From contig NZ_SODD01000013.1 in the NCBI RefSeq assembly GCF_004365815.1, forward strand, positions 1-32,000: a stretch of DNA of 32,000 bases. Reading direction: 5' to 3'. Shown one piece after another: positions 1 through 9,753 of this stretch (the first letter of the stretch is position 1; each line of letters begins with the position of its first letter). Both the position numbers and the translations under genes were made by a program. Below the pieces are notes generated by a model. That model did no database searches and had not been told where the DNA came from. It was given only the letters and a program-made list of their open reading frames with translations. This DNA is from Breznakia blatticola (lineage in GTDB: Bacteria; Bacillota_I; Bacilli_A; Erysipelotrichales; Erysipelotrichaceae).

Positions 1-62
1 TAAACTGTCGAAACATGTTGGAAAGCCGTATACGTTAGTAGCGTACGTACGGTTTGATAAGG

Positions 63-95
63 GGCGATTGAAGTAATTCAGTCGCCTACTTTTTA
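63..95 (+). terminator. Rho-independent terminator for a + strand gene lying mostly upstream of the window
   Basis: 10-bp stem GGCGATTGAA/TTCAGTCGCC (one G-U pair) with a GTAA loop at 63-86, followed by TACTTTTTATT. Frame 2 is open from the window edge to TAA at 74-76, so a short + strand CDS tail may end inside the stem. Confidence 0.5.
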
Positions 96-797
96 TTAGT
101 TTCCTTTTACAATATATGGATCAATAATAGATGCTAATGCTTCGATATTACGTGTTTGAACAAGTACTTTTCCTACACCGCTAAACTCGTTGACAAGCCC
201 TTCTCCACTTTTAAATCCAAATGTTCCAGAAGCAACTTTAATTTCATAATTTAATGATGTATTCCAAGCAACAACATGTGAGTTATCTACAACAAATGGT
301 TGTGTTCCATCAAGTTCAAATTCTAGGATATCTCCATATGAAGAAATCAACATAGATCCTTCCCCTTTTGTAGTCATAACAAAGAATCCACCAGTACGAC
401 CAAAGACTGCCTTACCAAAGCTTTGACGTTCCATATCGTAAGAAACACCTTCATCACAAGCAAAGAATGCCGAGTCATTTAGTCTCCATTGATTTTGTCC
501 ACTTACTTGAATTTCACGAATCTCACCAGGTGCATTTGGTGCAATCCCAATTTTTGCATCATCAGCAAGTCCAGTGACCGTTGTAATAAACATACTTTCC
601 CCACTTACAACGCTACGTCCAACGGCTTTTAATAAACCACCAATACCCGTTGAACCATTCGAATTCATCTTTCCTTCTAAATTCACTTTTCCATTATGAT
701 ATGCCATCGCACCTCGCTCAATGCGAACCACTTCATTTGCTTGTAGTTGAATTTCAACTAAAGGAAAAGCTGTACTACTTGTTTTTGTATATTTCAT
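96..797 (-). CDS. TIGR00266 / AIM24 (DUF124) family protein
   Basis: 233-aa ORF with ATG start. The GGAG in ataaGGAGacatgcaaaATG serves as RBS. The sequence pattern (MKY...FPLVEIQL...GAMAYH...GESMFITT...VVAWNTSLNYEIK...GEGLVNEFSG.GKVLVQTRN) is typical of the AIM24/TIGR00266 family. Confidence 0.75.
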   Translation of the reverse strand: MKYTKTSSTAFPLVEIQLQANEVVRIERGAMAYHNGKVNLEGKMNSNGSTGIGGLLKAVGRSVVSGESMFITTVTGLADDAKIGIAPNAPGEIREIQVSGQNQWRLNDSAFFACDEGVSYDMERQSFGKAVFGRTGGFFVMTTKGEGSMLISSYGDILEFELDGTQPFVVDNSHVVAWNTSLNYEIKVASGTFGFKSGEGLVNEFSGVGKVLVQTRNIEALASIIDPYIVKGN

Positions 798-850
798 TTT
801 GCATGTCTCCTTATAGAAATAATCATAGCATACTCACTTAGCAATTCCTA

Positions 851-883
851 TAAAAATACCCCACAGCACATGTTGTAGGGTAT
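851..883 (-). terminator. Rho-independent terminator after nrnA-like gene
   Basis: On the minus strand: ATACCCTACAACATGTGCTGTGGGGTAT hairpin (outer stem ATACCC/GGGTAT plus inner pairs), followed by TTTTTAT. It lies directly downstream of the stop at 889. Confidence 0.6.
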
Positions 884-888
884 TCATA

Positions 889-1818
889 TTATAGAAGATT
901 TGCTAGATCATTCACTAAGCGTGAAATATCTTCTTTTGTTAGTTTTTTTACACCGCAGGCGTTGGCATGTCCACCCCCACCATAGTCATTAGCAATTTCA
1001 TTAATGGCAACATTTTTACTACGTAATGAACCATTGTAGTAACCTTCACCATAACTTTTATCTTCTGTAAATAAACAATAGATTTCAAATTCTTTTACAT
1101 TTGCCATCGCAAATACTTTTTCTTTTGCTAGATTATAATCCAAGCCATATTTTTCATATGTACTTGCATCCATAATCGCATATGCAACATGTCTATCAAC
1201 TGTGACACTGGAACGAATCTCATTGATGTAGAAGAAGTCATTTTCTGACATTCCCATACGTTCTTGACTAATTTTATTTACATCTAAACCACAAGACACT
1301 AAATATGCTGCTGCTTGTAAAGTTCTTGCTGTTGTAGAAGTTGTTGTAAAATTGATCGAATCAGCAAGTAGACCAATATATAAAGCTCTAGCACAAGCAG
1401 TTGATACTACTTTTTTACTGTTTTCAAACATAAGTGCAAGTATTTCACATGCTGCTGCTGCTTTCGTATCAACATATGAAACATCTCCATATGCATCAAC
1501 TTCGATATGGTGATCAATTTTAATCACTTTCTTTGCCATTTTATAGCGTTGGTCATCAATACGTTCCGTATTTCCTGTATCAAGGATGATTGCACAAGAC
1601 TTCGCAATAGATATATCATCTAATTGATCGCGTGTTGGAAACATATCTGCTGCACTTCCTACATCATCACCTAAAGCATAAATCTTTTTATCTGGGCAAT
1701 TGGATTCTAAGAAATACTTCATCCCAAACTGGCTACCTAATGCATCTGCATCAGCACCTGTATGACGATAAATCGTGATGATTTCAAAATCTTTAACTTC
1801 GTTTAATATATCTAACAT
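889..1818 (-). CDS. nrnA: DHH/DHHA1 family phosphoesterase (NrnA-like oligoribonuclease / pAp phosphatase)
   Basis: 309 aa. DHH motif (IKIDHHIEV), the DHHA1 GGGH motif (GGGGHANACG) and a DxD-type N-terminal motif (HTGADADALGS) are present. The start ATG overlaps the ackA stop by 1 nt (TAATG). Confidence 0.8.
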   Translation of the reverse strand: MLDILNEVKDFEIITIYRHTGADADALGSQFGMKYFLESNCPDKKIYALGDDVGSAADMFPTRDQLDDISIAKSCAIILDTGNTERIDDQRYKMAKKVIKIDHHIEVDAYGDVSYVDTKAAAACEILALMFENSKKVVSTACARALYIGLLADSINFTTTSTTARTLQAAAYLVSCGLDVNKISQERMGMSENDFFYINEIRSSVTVDRHVAYAIMDASTYEKYGLDYNLAKEKVFAMANVKEFEIYCLFTEDKSYGEGYYNGSLRSKNVAINEIANDYGGGGHANACGVKKLTKEDISRLVNDLANLL

Positions 1819-3011
1819 TATTTTTCAGTTAATGCGTAAGTATCACGAGCAATTACAACTTCTTCGTTTGTTGGAATTAAGTACACTTTTGTTTTTGCAT
1901 CTGCAGTAGTTAATAATGTTTCTTTCGCACGAACATCATTTGCTGCATCATCACAAATTGTTCCTAATGTTGGTTCAAGTGCATTCATGATTGCTTGGCG
2001 TGTGTCTTTTGAGTTTTCTCCAACTCCAGCTGTAAAGACAATTGCATCACATCCACCCATTTGCATGTAGTATGAACCTACGGTTTCCACAATACGGTTT
2101 GTGAAGATTTTTTCCGTAATGATGGCTCTTTCATCACCTTTAGCAACTGCTGCTTCAATATCACGTGAATCACTAGAAATTCCTGAAACTCCTAACATTC
2201 CTGATTTTTTATTTAAAATTGTGTCCATTTCACCAGCACTTACACCAAGTTTTTCTTGCATGTATAAAGGAATTGCTGGGTCAATATCTCCACAACGAGT
2301 TCCCATCATAACTCCTGCAAGTGGTGTGAATCCCATAGATGTATTTACTGATTTACCACCATCAACTGCAGTGATTGAACATCCACCACCTAAGTGTAAT
2401 GTAATAATTTTTGTATCTTCTGCTGGTTTTTCAAGCAATTCAATACAACGTTGACTTACATATAAGTGACTTGTTCCGTGCATTCCATATTTACGTACTT
2501 TATAGTCTGTGTACCATTCGTAAGGAAGCGCATAAATAAAGTGGTCTGGACTCATTGTTTGGTGGAATGCTGTATCAAATACAAACACGTGTTTTGCGTG
2601 ATCTAAACTTTTCGCAAATGCACGGTATCCAACAAGTGCTCCAGGGTTATGTAGTGGTGCTAATTCTGATAATTGATCTACTTTTTCAACAACACTGTCA
2701 TCAACTAACACAGATTTGTCAAAGTATTCCCCACCATGTACTACACGGTGTCCTGCTGCTACGATTTCTTCAAAACTTCCAATGATTTTGTGGTCAATCA
2801 AAGCCGCTAACAATAAGTTTACTGCAACCGTGTGATCCTTAACTGGTTGTACTGTACTTACTTTTTCTCCGTTTACTTTGATTGTAAAAATCGCATCATC
2901 AAATCCGATACGTTCTACAATTCCGCTTGTTAGTACCTCTTCACTTGGCATTTCATAAAGTTGAAATTTTAATGAAGAACTCCCTGCGTTTACTGCAATA
3001 ATCTTACTCAT
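1818..3011 (-). CDS. ackA: acetate kinase
   Basis: The N-terminus [22 protein letters not shown] is the canonical acetate/propionate kinase signature. Full-length similarity pattern ([24 protein letters not shown]) is present. I prefer ATG at 3011 over the upstream in-frame GTG at 3026 used by the ORF track. Confidence 0.95.
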   Translation of the reverse strand: MSKIIAVNAGSSSLKFQLYEMPSEEVLTSGIVERIGFDDAIFTIKVNGEKVSTVQPVKDHTVAVNLLLAALIDHKIIGSFEEIVAAGHRVVHGGEYFDKSVLVDDSVVEKVDQLSELAPLHNPGALVGYRAFAKSLDHAKHVFVFDTAFHQTMSPDHFIYALPYEWYTDYKVRKYGMHGTSHLYVSQRCIELLEKPAEDTKIITLHLGGGCSITAVDGGKSVNTSMGFTPLAGVMMGTRCGDIDPAIPLYMQEKLGVSAGEMDTILNKKSGMLGVSGISSDSRDIEAAVAKGDERAIITEKIFTNRIVETVGSYYMQMGGCDAIVFTAGVGENSKDTRQAIMNALEPTLGTICDDAANDVRAKETLLTTADAKTKVYLIPTNEEVVIARDTYALTEK

Positions 3012-3330
3012 AATTCTCAATCTCACTTTCTTTCAATTTCTTTTGTATTTCTTTTATATTCGCATGCTCGTCAGCCAACTTTTCGTATAAGGTTTGGCGA
3101 ACCTGGAATTTCTTTAATAAATGAAGTTTCTTTTCATAATCCTCAAGAATCTTCGTAACCCGTTTGATATTATCGCTTACTGCACTACGAGAAATCCCCC
3201 GATTTTCAGCAATCTCAGCTAGTGAATAATCCTCACGATAATACTCATTCATAATCTCTCTTTGTTTATCCGTTAATAAATCTTCATAAAAATCCAAATA
3301 GGTATTTATGTCATCAAATGACTTACGCAT
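3004..3330 (-). CDS. ylxM: YlxM/UPF0122 family putative DNA-binding (sigma-70 region 4-like HTH) protein
   Basis: The sequence from [42 protein letters not shown]...[12 protein letters not shown]...[14 protein letters not shown] matches B. subtilis YlxM closely. The start ATG at 3330 overlaps the ftsY stop (ATGCGTAA). The longer ORF-track start at 3387 lies inside ftsY. Confidence 0.85.
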   Translation of the reverse strand: MRKSFDDINTYLDFYEDLLTDKQREIMNEYYREDYSLAEIAENRGISRSAVSDNIKRVTKILEDYEKKLHLLKKFQVRQTLYEKLADEHANIKEIQKKLKESEIENYE

Positions 3331-4447
3331 CAATATCTCCCATAATACCGTATAAGAATGTATCGATATCAAATGGGCGAAGATCATCTACACCCTCTCC
3401 AAGTCCAACATATTTCACTGGTAGTCCAAGCATATTACGTATTGCAAGCACAATACCACCTTTCGCACTTCCATCTAACTTTGTTAGAATAACTCCGGTT
3501 ACATTAGTTGCTCCCATAAACTCTTTTGCTTGGCTAATTCCATTTTGACCAGTAGTTGCATCAATAACTAACCAAACAGCTGCTGGTTGTCCTGGAATTT
3601 CTTTATCAATCACCTTATGAATTTTCTTCAATTCATTCATCAAGTTTACTTTGTTTTGAAGTCGACCTGCTGTATCTGCAATCATGATATCATTGTTGTG
3701 TTCTTTGGCAAAACGCGCTCCATCAACGATAACACTTGCTGGATCTGCTTGTGCTCTACCTTCTACACAATCCACACCAATACGGTCAGCCCAACGCTTT
3801 AACTGGTCAACAGCACCAGCACGGAAGGTATCAGCTGCTGTTACCATAACTGATTTACCATCTTCTTTAAACATATTTGCCAGTTTAGCTGTTGTTGTGG
3901 TTTTTCCACTTCCATTTACTCCAACCATCAAAATTACAGTTGGACCATCAGCATTCTCAATAAATGGTGCATCTTCAAATGAATTGTATAAAGTTTGCAT
4001 TTCTTCAAACAATATATCATTCACTTCTTTCATTGTCGTTGCTTTTTCTTTATCAGAGCGTTTTTCTACTTGCTTAATCAGTTTTTCAGCAGTATCGATT
4101 CCTAAATCTGCTTCAAGTAGTACAATCATCAACTCTTCTAAGAAATCACTATCTACACCTTTAAATCCTCTTGCTAAGTTTTTAAGTTTTTGTGTAAAGG
4201 ATACCTTTGTTTTACTTAACCCACTAAGATAACGATTGGCATCACTGCGATCACTTTGAACAATTTCAGGAACAACTGACTCTTGTTGTTCTTCACTTTG
4301 TGTTTGAACAACTTCTTGTTCAATTACTTCTTTATCAGCTGTAGTTGTATCTTCAACAGGTTCAACTTCATTTTCAACTGTTTCAGTGCTTTCTACATCT
4401 TGTTGTTCATTTGCGAATTTCTTTCTCAGTTTATCTAAAAATCCCAT
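3323..4447 (-). CDS. ftsY: signal recognition particle receptor FtsY
   Basis: 374 aa with an acidic N-terminal region followed by an NG domain. SRP-GTPase motifs [15 protein letters not shown] and TKLDG..KGG are present. The start overlaps the smc stop by 1 nt. Confidence 0.95.
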   Translation of the reverse strand: MGFLDKLRKKFANEQQDVESTETVENEVEPVEDTTTADKEVIEQEVVQTQSEEQQESVVPEIVQSDRSDANRYLSGLSKTKVSFTQKLKNLARGFKGVDSDFLEELMIVLLEADLGIDTAEKLIKQVEKRSDKEKATTMKEVNDILFEEMQTLYNSFEDAPFIENADGPTVILMVGVNGSGKTTTTAKLANMFKEDGKSVMVTAADTFRAGAVDQLKRWADRIGVDCVEGRAQADPASVIVDGARFAKEHNNDIMIADTAGRLQNKVNLMNELKKIHKVIDKEIPGQPAAVWLVIDATTGQNGISQAKEFMGATNVTGVILTKLDGSAKGGIVLAIRNMLGLPVKYVGLGEGVDDLRPFDIDTFLYGIMGDIDA

Positions 4448-7404
4448 TAAGCAACAACTCCTTCTTGGTTCATACTATCTTCTTGAACATATCCCATCGC
4501 ATCTTTTAAGCGAACTTTCAAGAATTTACTTACTCCATCTTTTTGCATGGTTACTCCATACAGTTGATCACATTGTGCCATCGTTCCCGGACGGTGTGTA
4601 ACAATAATAAATTGTGAATCGCCACGATAATTTGAAACATATCGTGCAAATCTCTCTACATTTGCTTGGTCAAGTGCCGCTTCTACCTCATCAAAGATAC
4701 ATAATGGTATCGTTCTTGCACGTAGAATCGCAAATAATACAGACATGGCAAGTAATGCTTTTTCTCCCCCTGAAAGTGCACGCATGTTGTCAACTTTCTT
4801 TCCTGGAGGTTGGACTTCAATTTCAATTCCACTTTCTAAAACATTATCTGGGTCAGTTAAATACAATCTTGCTTTTCCACCACCAAACATTGCTCTAAAT
4901 GTTTCATGTAATTCCGAATTGATTTTTTCAAACATTTCCATAAATTGTTTACTCATGACTTCATCCATCTCATCAATTGCTTCTAGAATTTTTGCTTTTG
5001 CAAGTTCTAGTTCTTCTTTTTGTGAGACAAGAAGTTCATAACGTTCACGTACTTCTTCATATTCAGCAGGTGCATCTAAGTTTACATTTCCAAGTTTTGC
5101 AATTTCTTGACGTAAACGTAATACATCTTCTCTTGCTTTGTTTAAGTCTTCTTGGTCTTGTTTAATTGTAACTGCATGCTCATATGTCATTTGGTAAATA
5201 CTTGATAAACGTTGTAATACATTTTCTAAATGCGTTTCTGTTTTTACCATATCCATTTCTGCTTCATGGTTAACTTTTTCAAGTACAGATAAGTCACGAC
5301 GAATGTCACGAATTCGCGCATCACGTTTCTCAACATTTTTACCTAATGTGTAACGACGTTCACGCTTGTTATTTAAGCTCGCTTCAATTTCATCTTTCTT
5401 CGAGTGTGCTTTTGACATTTGTACAACAATGTCATTGTCATTTGTACTATCTAATTCCACATCATCAAATTCAACATCAAGTTCTTTGAATTCATCAAGT
5501 AACTTTTCATATTTACTTTTCTTTACATCAAGAACAGGTTGCAATCTTGCTAGTGACATCTGTAATTCCACTTTTTTATCTTTTAATGCTTCTAAGTGAT
5601 GCTGTAGTTCATTAAGTTTTACTTTCACATCCGCACTTTTATCACTATGTTCTTGTAGTTGGTGTTCTACAGTACTCAACTCTTTTTTGATGGTTAATGG
5701 TGAATAATCATTTTTTACCTTACCACCAGTCATCGAACCACCTTTGTGGACAACTTCTCCATCCATCGTCACAATTTTGTAGCGGAATTTTAATAAACGA
5801 GCAAGTTCATTTGCTTGAACCAACTTCTCAGTGACAAGTACATTTCCTAATAATGAAGATGCTAAGATTTCAAACTTATCATCATATGCAACCAAATCAC
5901 TTGCAACACCTAAATATCCAGTTGCATGATCCGCAACAATTAAATCATCTGTGTTTACCCCACGAGGTTTTAATACGCTTGTAGGTAAGAACGTAGCACG
6001 ACCACTACGATTTTTCTTCAAAAAGGAAATCGCATTACGAGCACTGTCTTCATCTTCACTCACAATATGGAATAATGCACCACCTAGAGCACTAGAAACA
6101 GCTTCTTCATAGCCTTCTTGTGGTTGCAACAATTGTGATACAACTCCATGAATTCCATAGAAACTATCTTTTTGATCAATGATCGTTTTTACCCCTTGTT
6201 GGTGGTTAAATGGAGATTTCAATAAGTTGGTCAATACATCTTTACGATTTGAAAGTCGGTTAATCATCTGTGTTAGATGACTATTTTCCTCAGCTAATTT
6301 AGAGAAATTTGATTCGACTTGATCGTAGTTCTTACTTGCAAGTTCAATATCTGTTTGTAAGGAAGAAACCCGTTGATCTCTATCTTCGTATTCGTATTTT
6401 GCTTCTTCAAGCATACTTTTCAATTCGATAGCACGTGCTTTTGCATCTTGTGAATCAAGTGCATATTTACGTTTTTCATCTAATTCTGTTTTTCTTGAAT
6501 CAAGTGCTGAAATCTCGTTAACTACTTCCACAAACTCTGATTGTAGTTTATGTGTTTCTCTATCTAAACTTGAAATTTCTTCACGATCACTTTGATTTTT
6601 TTGATCTTCTACTTGAATCGTTGTTTCTGCAATCGCTTTTTGACTTTCATAATCAAAAGCTTTATTTTTTAAATCCTCAATTTTCTTTGTATATTGTTGT
6701 ACCTCATCCACAATAACACTAACCTCGATAGTTTCGAGTTCTTGTTTCATTTGTAAATAACGTTCTGCTTTTTTTGCTTGGCGTTTTAATGGATTTACAC
6801 GCGTTTCTAGTTCACCAACAATATCTTCTACACGTAATAAGTTTTCTTGCGTACGATTTAGTTTATTTAAACTCTCGTGTTTACGTTTCTTGTATTTAGC
6901 AACTCCTGCTGCTTCTTCAAATAACGGTCTTCTTTCTTCTGGTTTTACATCCACAATTTCATGAATGTTACCTTGTGAAATTACCGATAACGAATCGCGC
7001 CCAAGCCCACTATCCATAACCATGTTTGTTACATCTTTTAAACGACATGGTGTGTTGTTAATCATATATTCAGCTTCACCACTATTTCTAAATAAACGAC
7101 GTGTGATGCTTACTTCATCAAATTCAATATCAAAATGCTTTTTGCTGTTGTCAAATACCAAGGTTACTTCCGCCATATTTACAGCTTTTCTACCTTCAGA
7201 ACCACTAAAAATGACATCGCTCATGCTCTGCCCTCTTAATGATTTGGCACTTTGTTCCCCAAGTACCCAACGTATGGCATCATTTACATTACTCTTACCA
7301 CAACCGTTAGGACCTACGATTCCGGTTACTTCATCTTCAAAGTCTATGATGGTTTTATCTGCAAATGACTTAAAGCCTTGTAACTCAATTCTTTTAAGAA
7401 ACAT
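4447..7404 (-). CDS. smc: chromosome segregation protein SMC (short-arm form, 985 aa)
   Basis: Walker A head (MFLKRIELQGFKSF...GPNGCGKSN), hinge (GIHGVVSQLL...ATFLP), long heptad-rich arms, and C-terminal signature/Walker B (LSGGEKALLAMSVLFA...IFDEVEAALD). RBS is GGGAGGA upstream. Confidence 0.95.
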   Translation of the reverse strand: MFLKRIELQGFKSFADKTIIDFEDEVTGIVGPNGCGKSNVNDAIRWVLGEQSAKSLRGQSMSDVIFSGSEGRKAVNMAEVTLVFDNSKKHFDIEFDEVSITRRLFRNSGEAEYMINNTPCRLKDVTNMVMDSGLGRDSLSVISQGNIHEIVDVKPEERRPLFEEAAGVAKYKKRKHESLNKLNRTQENLLRVEDIVGELETRVNPLKRQAKKAERYLQMKQELETIEVSVIVDEVQQYTKKIEDLKNKAFDYESQKAIAETTIQVEDQKNQSDREEISSLDRETHKLQSEFVEVVNEISALDSRKTELDEKRKYALDSQDAKARAIELKSMLEEAKYEYEDRDQRVSSLQTDIELASKNYDQVESNFSKLAEENSHLTQMINRLSNRKDVLTNLLKSPFNHQQGVKTIIDQKDSFYGIHGVVSQLLQPQEGYEEAVSSALGGALFHIVSEDEDSARNAISFLKKNRSGRATFLPTSVLKPRGVNTDDLIVADHATGYLGVASDLVAYDDKFEILASSLLGNVLVTEKLVQANELARLLKFRYKIVTMDGEVVHKGGSMTGGKVKNDYSPLTIKKELSTVEHQLQEHSDKSADVKVKLNELQHHLEALKDKKVELQMSLARLQPVLDVKKSKYEKLLDEFKELDVEFDDVELDSTNDNDIVVQMSKAHSKKDEIEASLNNKRERRYTLGKNVEKRDARIRDIRRDLSVLEKVNHEAEMDMVKTETHLENVLQRLSSIYQMTYEHAVTIKQDQEDLNKAREDVLRLRQEIAKLGNVNLDAPAEYEEVRERYELLVSQKEELELAKAKILEAIDEMDEVMSKQFMEMFEKINSELHETFRAMFGGGKARLYLTDPDNVLESGIEIEVQPPGKKVDNMRALSGGEKALLAMSVLFAILRARTIPLCIFDEVEAALDQANVERFARYVSNYRGDSQFIIVTHRPGTMAQCDQLYGVTMQKDGVSKFLKVRLKDAMGYVQEDSMNQEGVVA

Positions 7405-7431
7405 AGAAATCCTCCCACTTCACTGTTTATT

Positions 7432-7440
7432 ATTATAGCA
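7432..7440 (-). promoter_or_regulatory. candidate extended -10 promoter for smc operon
   Basis: The minus strand reads TGcTATAAT about 25 nt upstream of the smc RBS. The -35 region is poor and overlaps the 14-bp palindrome at 7451-7464. Confidence 0.4.
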
Positions 7441-7603
7441 TAACCCATAGTATATCCGGATATAAAAAACGGCTTTTTTTCGTGATTTCTATTGGTTATT
7501 TTATGATTTATTGCATCTTCTTTATTTTGTGAATTTCTTCACTTGATTTTCCGCTCATTTGCATACAATTTTCACATTTACTTTGAATATCAAAGAAAAA
7601 TCA

Positions 7604-7632
7604 TTGACCTTTTAAATAAAACACCTTACAAT
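7604..7632 (+). promoter_or_regulatory. sigma-A type promoter for hlyIII
   Basis: TTGACC (7604-7609), exact 17-nt spacer, TACAAT (7627-7632). AGGAGG RBS at 7647-7652 and ATG at 7662. Confidence 0.6.
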
Positions 7633-7661
7633 AAAAAACTATACGAAGGAGGTTATCCACT

Positions 7662-8312
7662 ATGGCAAAAAACGGATTAAAAGATATGCTAAAACTTAGT
7701 TTTGGTGAAGAAGTATTCAATGCAACTTCACACGGTATCATGGCATTTTTGATGCTTTGTTTTATCCCATTTGGGGCAATTCATTCTTATCAACTAGGTG
7801 GTTTAACACGCGCAGTTGGTGTTAGTGTATTTATGATATGTTTGTTTTTGATGTTTCTATCTTCGACCTTGTATCATACGATGGCATTTGATAGTCCACA
7901 TAAAGTGGTATTTCGTGTATTAGATCATATTTGCATATATCTAGCAATCGCTGGAAGTTATACACCAGTAGCCTTATGTGTTATTCAAGGTTGGCAAGGA
8001 ATTCTAATTCTCATCATTCAATGGACGATGGTCCTTATTGGAATCTTATATAAAAGTCTTTCCCCTAAAAGCTTACCTCGTTTATCTTTAGCTATTTATT
8101 TAGTGATGGGTTGGAGTGTGATTTTATTTCTTCCTGTTCTTTTGGAAGCAGCAAATACAACATTCCTATTATGGATTGTGATTGGCGGCGTTTTGTACTC
8201 TGTTGGTGCATACTTCTATTCAAGAAAATATGCATATGCACATGCGATATGGCATGTATTTATTGGACTTGCATCGATTGCACATATCATCGCTATCGTC
8301 TTTTATATGTAA
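7662..8312 (+). CDS. hemolysin III / PAQR family membrane protein
   Basis: 216 aa with seven predicted TM segments. Family motifs are present: N..SHG near the N-terminus, LDH, and a C-terminal H...H (HAIWHVF). Confidence 0.85.
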   Translation: MAKNGLKDMLKLSFGEEVFNATSHGIMAFLMLCFIPFGAIHSYQLGGLTRAVGVSVFMICLFLMFLSSTLYHTMAFDSPHKVVFRVLDHICIYLAIAGSYTPVALCVIQGWQGILILIIQWTMVLIGILYKSLSPKSLPRLSLAIYLVMGWSVILFLPVLLEAANTTFLLWIVIGGVLYSVGAYFYSRKYAYAHAIWHVFIGLASIAHIIAIVFYM

Positions 8313-8325
8313 AACTAAAAAAATA

Positions 8326-8362
8326 ACGCACAGGTCATATCATTACTGACTTGTGCGTTTTT
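8326..8362. terminator. bidirectional Rho-independent terminator between hlyIII and the M18 aminopeptidase gene
   Basis: Stem ACGCACAGGTCA / TGACTTGTGCGT (one G-U/mismatch) at 8326-8357. It is flanked by an A-run upstream and TTTTT downstream, so it can terminate both convergent genes. Confidence 0.7.
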
Positions 8363-8367
8363 CTATC

Positions 8368-9744
8368 TTATAGATTTTTTAAGAAAACTTTGTATGCTTT
8401 ATATGCTTCATATACATCAACTTTAGAAACAACTTCCCAAGGTGCATGCATATTTAATACAGGGACTCCACAGTCAATTACTTCCATGTTGTAGTTTCCA
8501 AGAATGTAGGCGATTGTTCCCCCACCACCTTGGTCAACTTTTCCAAGTTCAGCTGTTTGGAAGTTTATATCATTTGCATCCATTGCTTGACGTAATTCTG
8601 CCATATATTCTGCACTTGCATCATTACATCCACTTTTTCCGCGTGCTCCTGTGTATTTGTTGAATACCACACCGTTTCCAAGGTATGCAGCGTTTTTTGG
8701 TTCATTTACAGAAGCAAATAATGGATCAAAACCGGCACTTACATCACTAGATAACATTTTTGAGTTTGTGAATGCACGACGTGTACCTAAGTTTGTGTCA
8801 ATTCCTTGAAGTGCACACATTTCTGCAACGATGTTTTCAAAGAATTTTGATTGTGCTCCTGTTGCTCCAATACTACCTACTTCCTCTTTATCAACAAGTG
8901 TACAACAAGCAGTATACGTGTTAACTTCACTATCTAAAATCGCTTTTAAAGAAGTATATGCACATACACGGTCATCATGTCCATATCCCATCACCATAGA
9001 ACGATCAAGACCATAGTCTCTTGCTTTACCTGCAGGAACTACTTCAAGTTCAGCTGAGATGAAGTCTTCTTCTTCCATTGCATATTTTTCGTTAAGTAAT
9101 GCTAAAATGTTTTTCTTTACAGCATCTTTTTCTTCCCCTTTTACAGGAATACTTCCCACTGTAACATCTAAGTTTTCACCTTCAATTACAACGCTTGCTT
9201 GTTTTTGCAATTGCTCACCAGCCAGGTGAACAAGTAAATCACCAATACCAACAATTGGATCGTTATCATCATCACCAATACTTACATCAATGCGTGTTCC
9301 ATCTTTTTTCATTACAACACCATGGATTGCTAATGGTAAAGTTACCCATTGGTATTTTTTTACTCCACCATAGTAGTGTGTATCAAGTAAAGCAAAGTCA
9401 TTTGCTTCATACAATGGATTTTGTTTTAAGTCTAAACGTGGTGAATCAATATGTGCTCCTAATATACGCATTCCTGCATCTAGTGGCTTTTCACCCATAA
9501 CAAATAAATAAATATTTTTATCTTTATTTGTTGCAAAAACTTTATCACCAGCTTTTAATGGTGTTTGCTTTGCAATTAAAGTCTCTAAATCTTGGTATCC
9601 TGCAGCTTTTGCCATTGCAACAGCATCTGCTACACAAAGACGTTCTGTCTTATTGTTTGAGATGAATGTTTTATATCCATCATTGAAATCGAAAATCTCT
9701 TTGAAATTTCCATCATATTTTTCCCATGCATTTTTCTTGTACAT
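8368..9744 (-). CDS. M18 family aminopeptidase (aminopeptidase 1-like)
   Basis: 458 aa. The N-terminus (NAWEKY...F...GYKTFISNNKTERLCV) and the metal-ligand region (GAHIDSPRLDLK, GHDDRVC, DKEEVGS, NMHAPWE) fit the clostridial M18 aminopeptidase 1 pattern. AGGAG RBS. The start lies 9 nt after the upstream gene's stop. Confidence 0.8.
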   Translation of the reverse strand: MYKKNAWEKYDGNFKEIFDFNDGYKTFISNNKTERLCVADAVAMAKAAGYQDLETLIAKQTPLKAGDKVFATNKDKNIYLFVMGEKPLDAGMRILGAHIDSPRLDLKQNPLYEANDFALLDTHYYGGVKKYQWVTLPLAIHGVVMKKDGTRIDVSIGDDDNDPIVGIGDLLVHLAGEQLQKQASVVIEGENLDVTVGSIPVKGEEKDAVKKNILALLNEKYAMEEEDFISAELEVVPAGKARDYGLDRSMVMGYGHDDRVCAYTSLKAILDSEVNTYTACCTLVDKEEVGSIGATGAQSKFFENIVAEMCALQGIDTNLGTRRAFTNSKMLSSDVSAGFDPLFASVNEPKNAAYLGNGVVFNKYTGARGKSGCNDASAEYMAELRQAMDANDINFQTAELGKVDQGGGGTIAYILGNYNMEVIDCGVPVLNMHAPWEVVSKVDVYEAYKAYKVFLKNL

Positions 9745-9753
9745 AAATATCTC

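Noticed and set aside
2101-7438. Numerous 60-180-aa + strand ORFs antisense to ackA, ftsY and smc, for example 2101-2454, 3684-4232, 4745-5041 and 6965-7438.
   Set aside because: They lie entirely inside well-supported minus-strand genes. Their translations are low-complexity and Ser/Leu/Phe-rich, as expected for the antisense of AT-rich coding DNA. They have no RBS or family resemblance.
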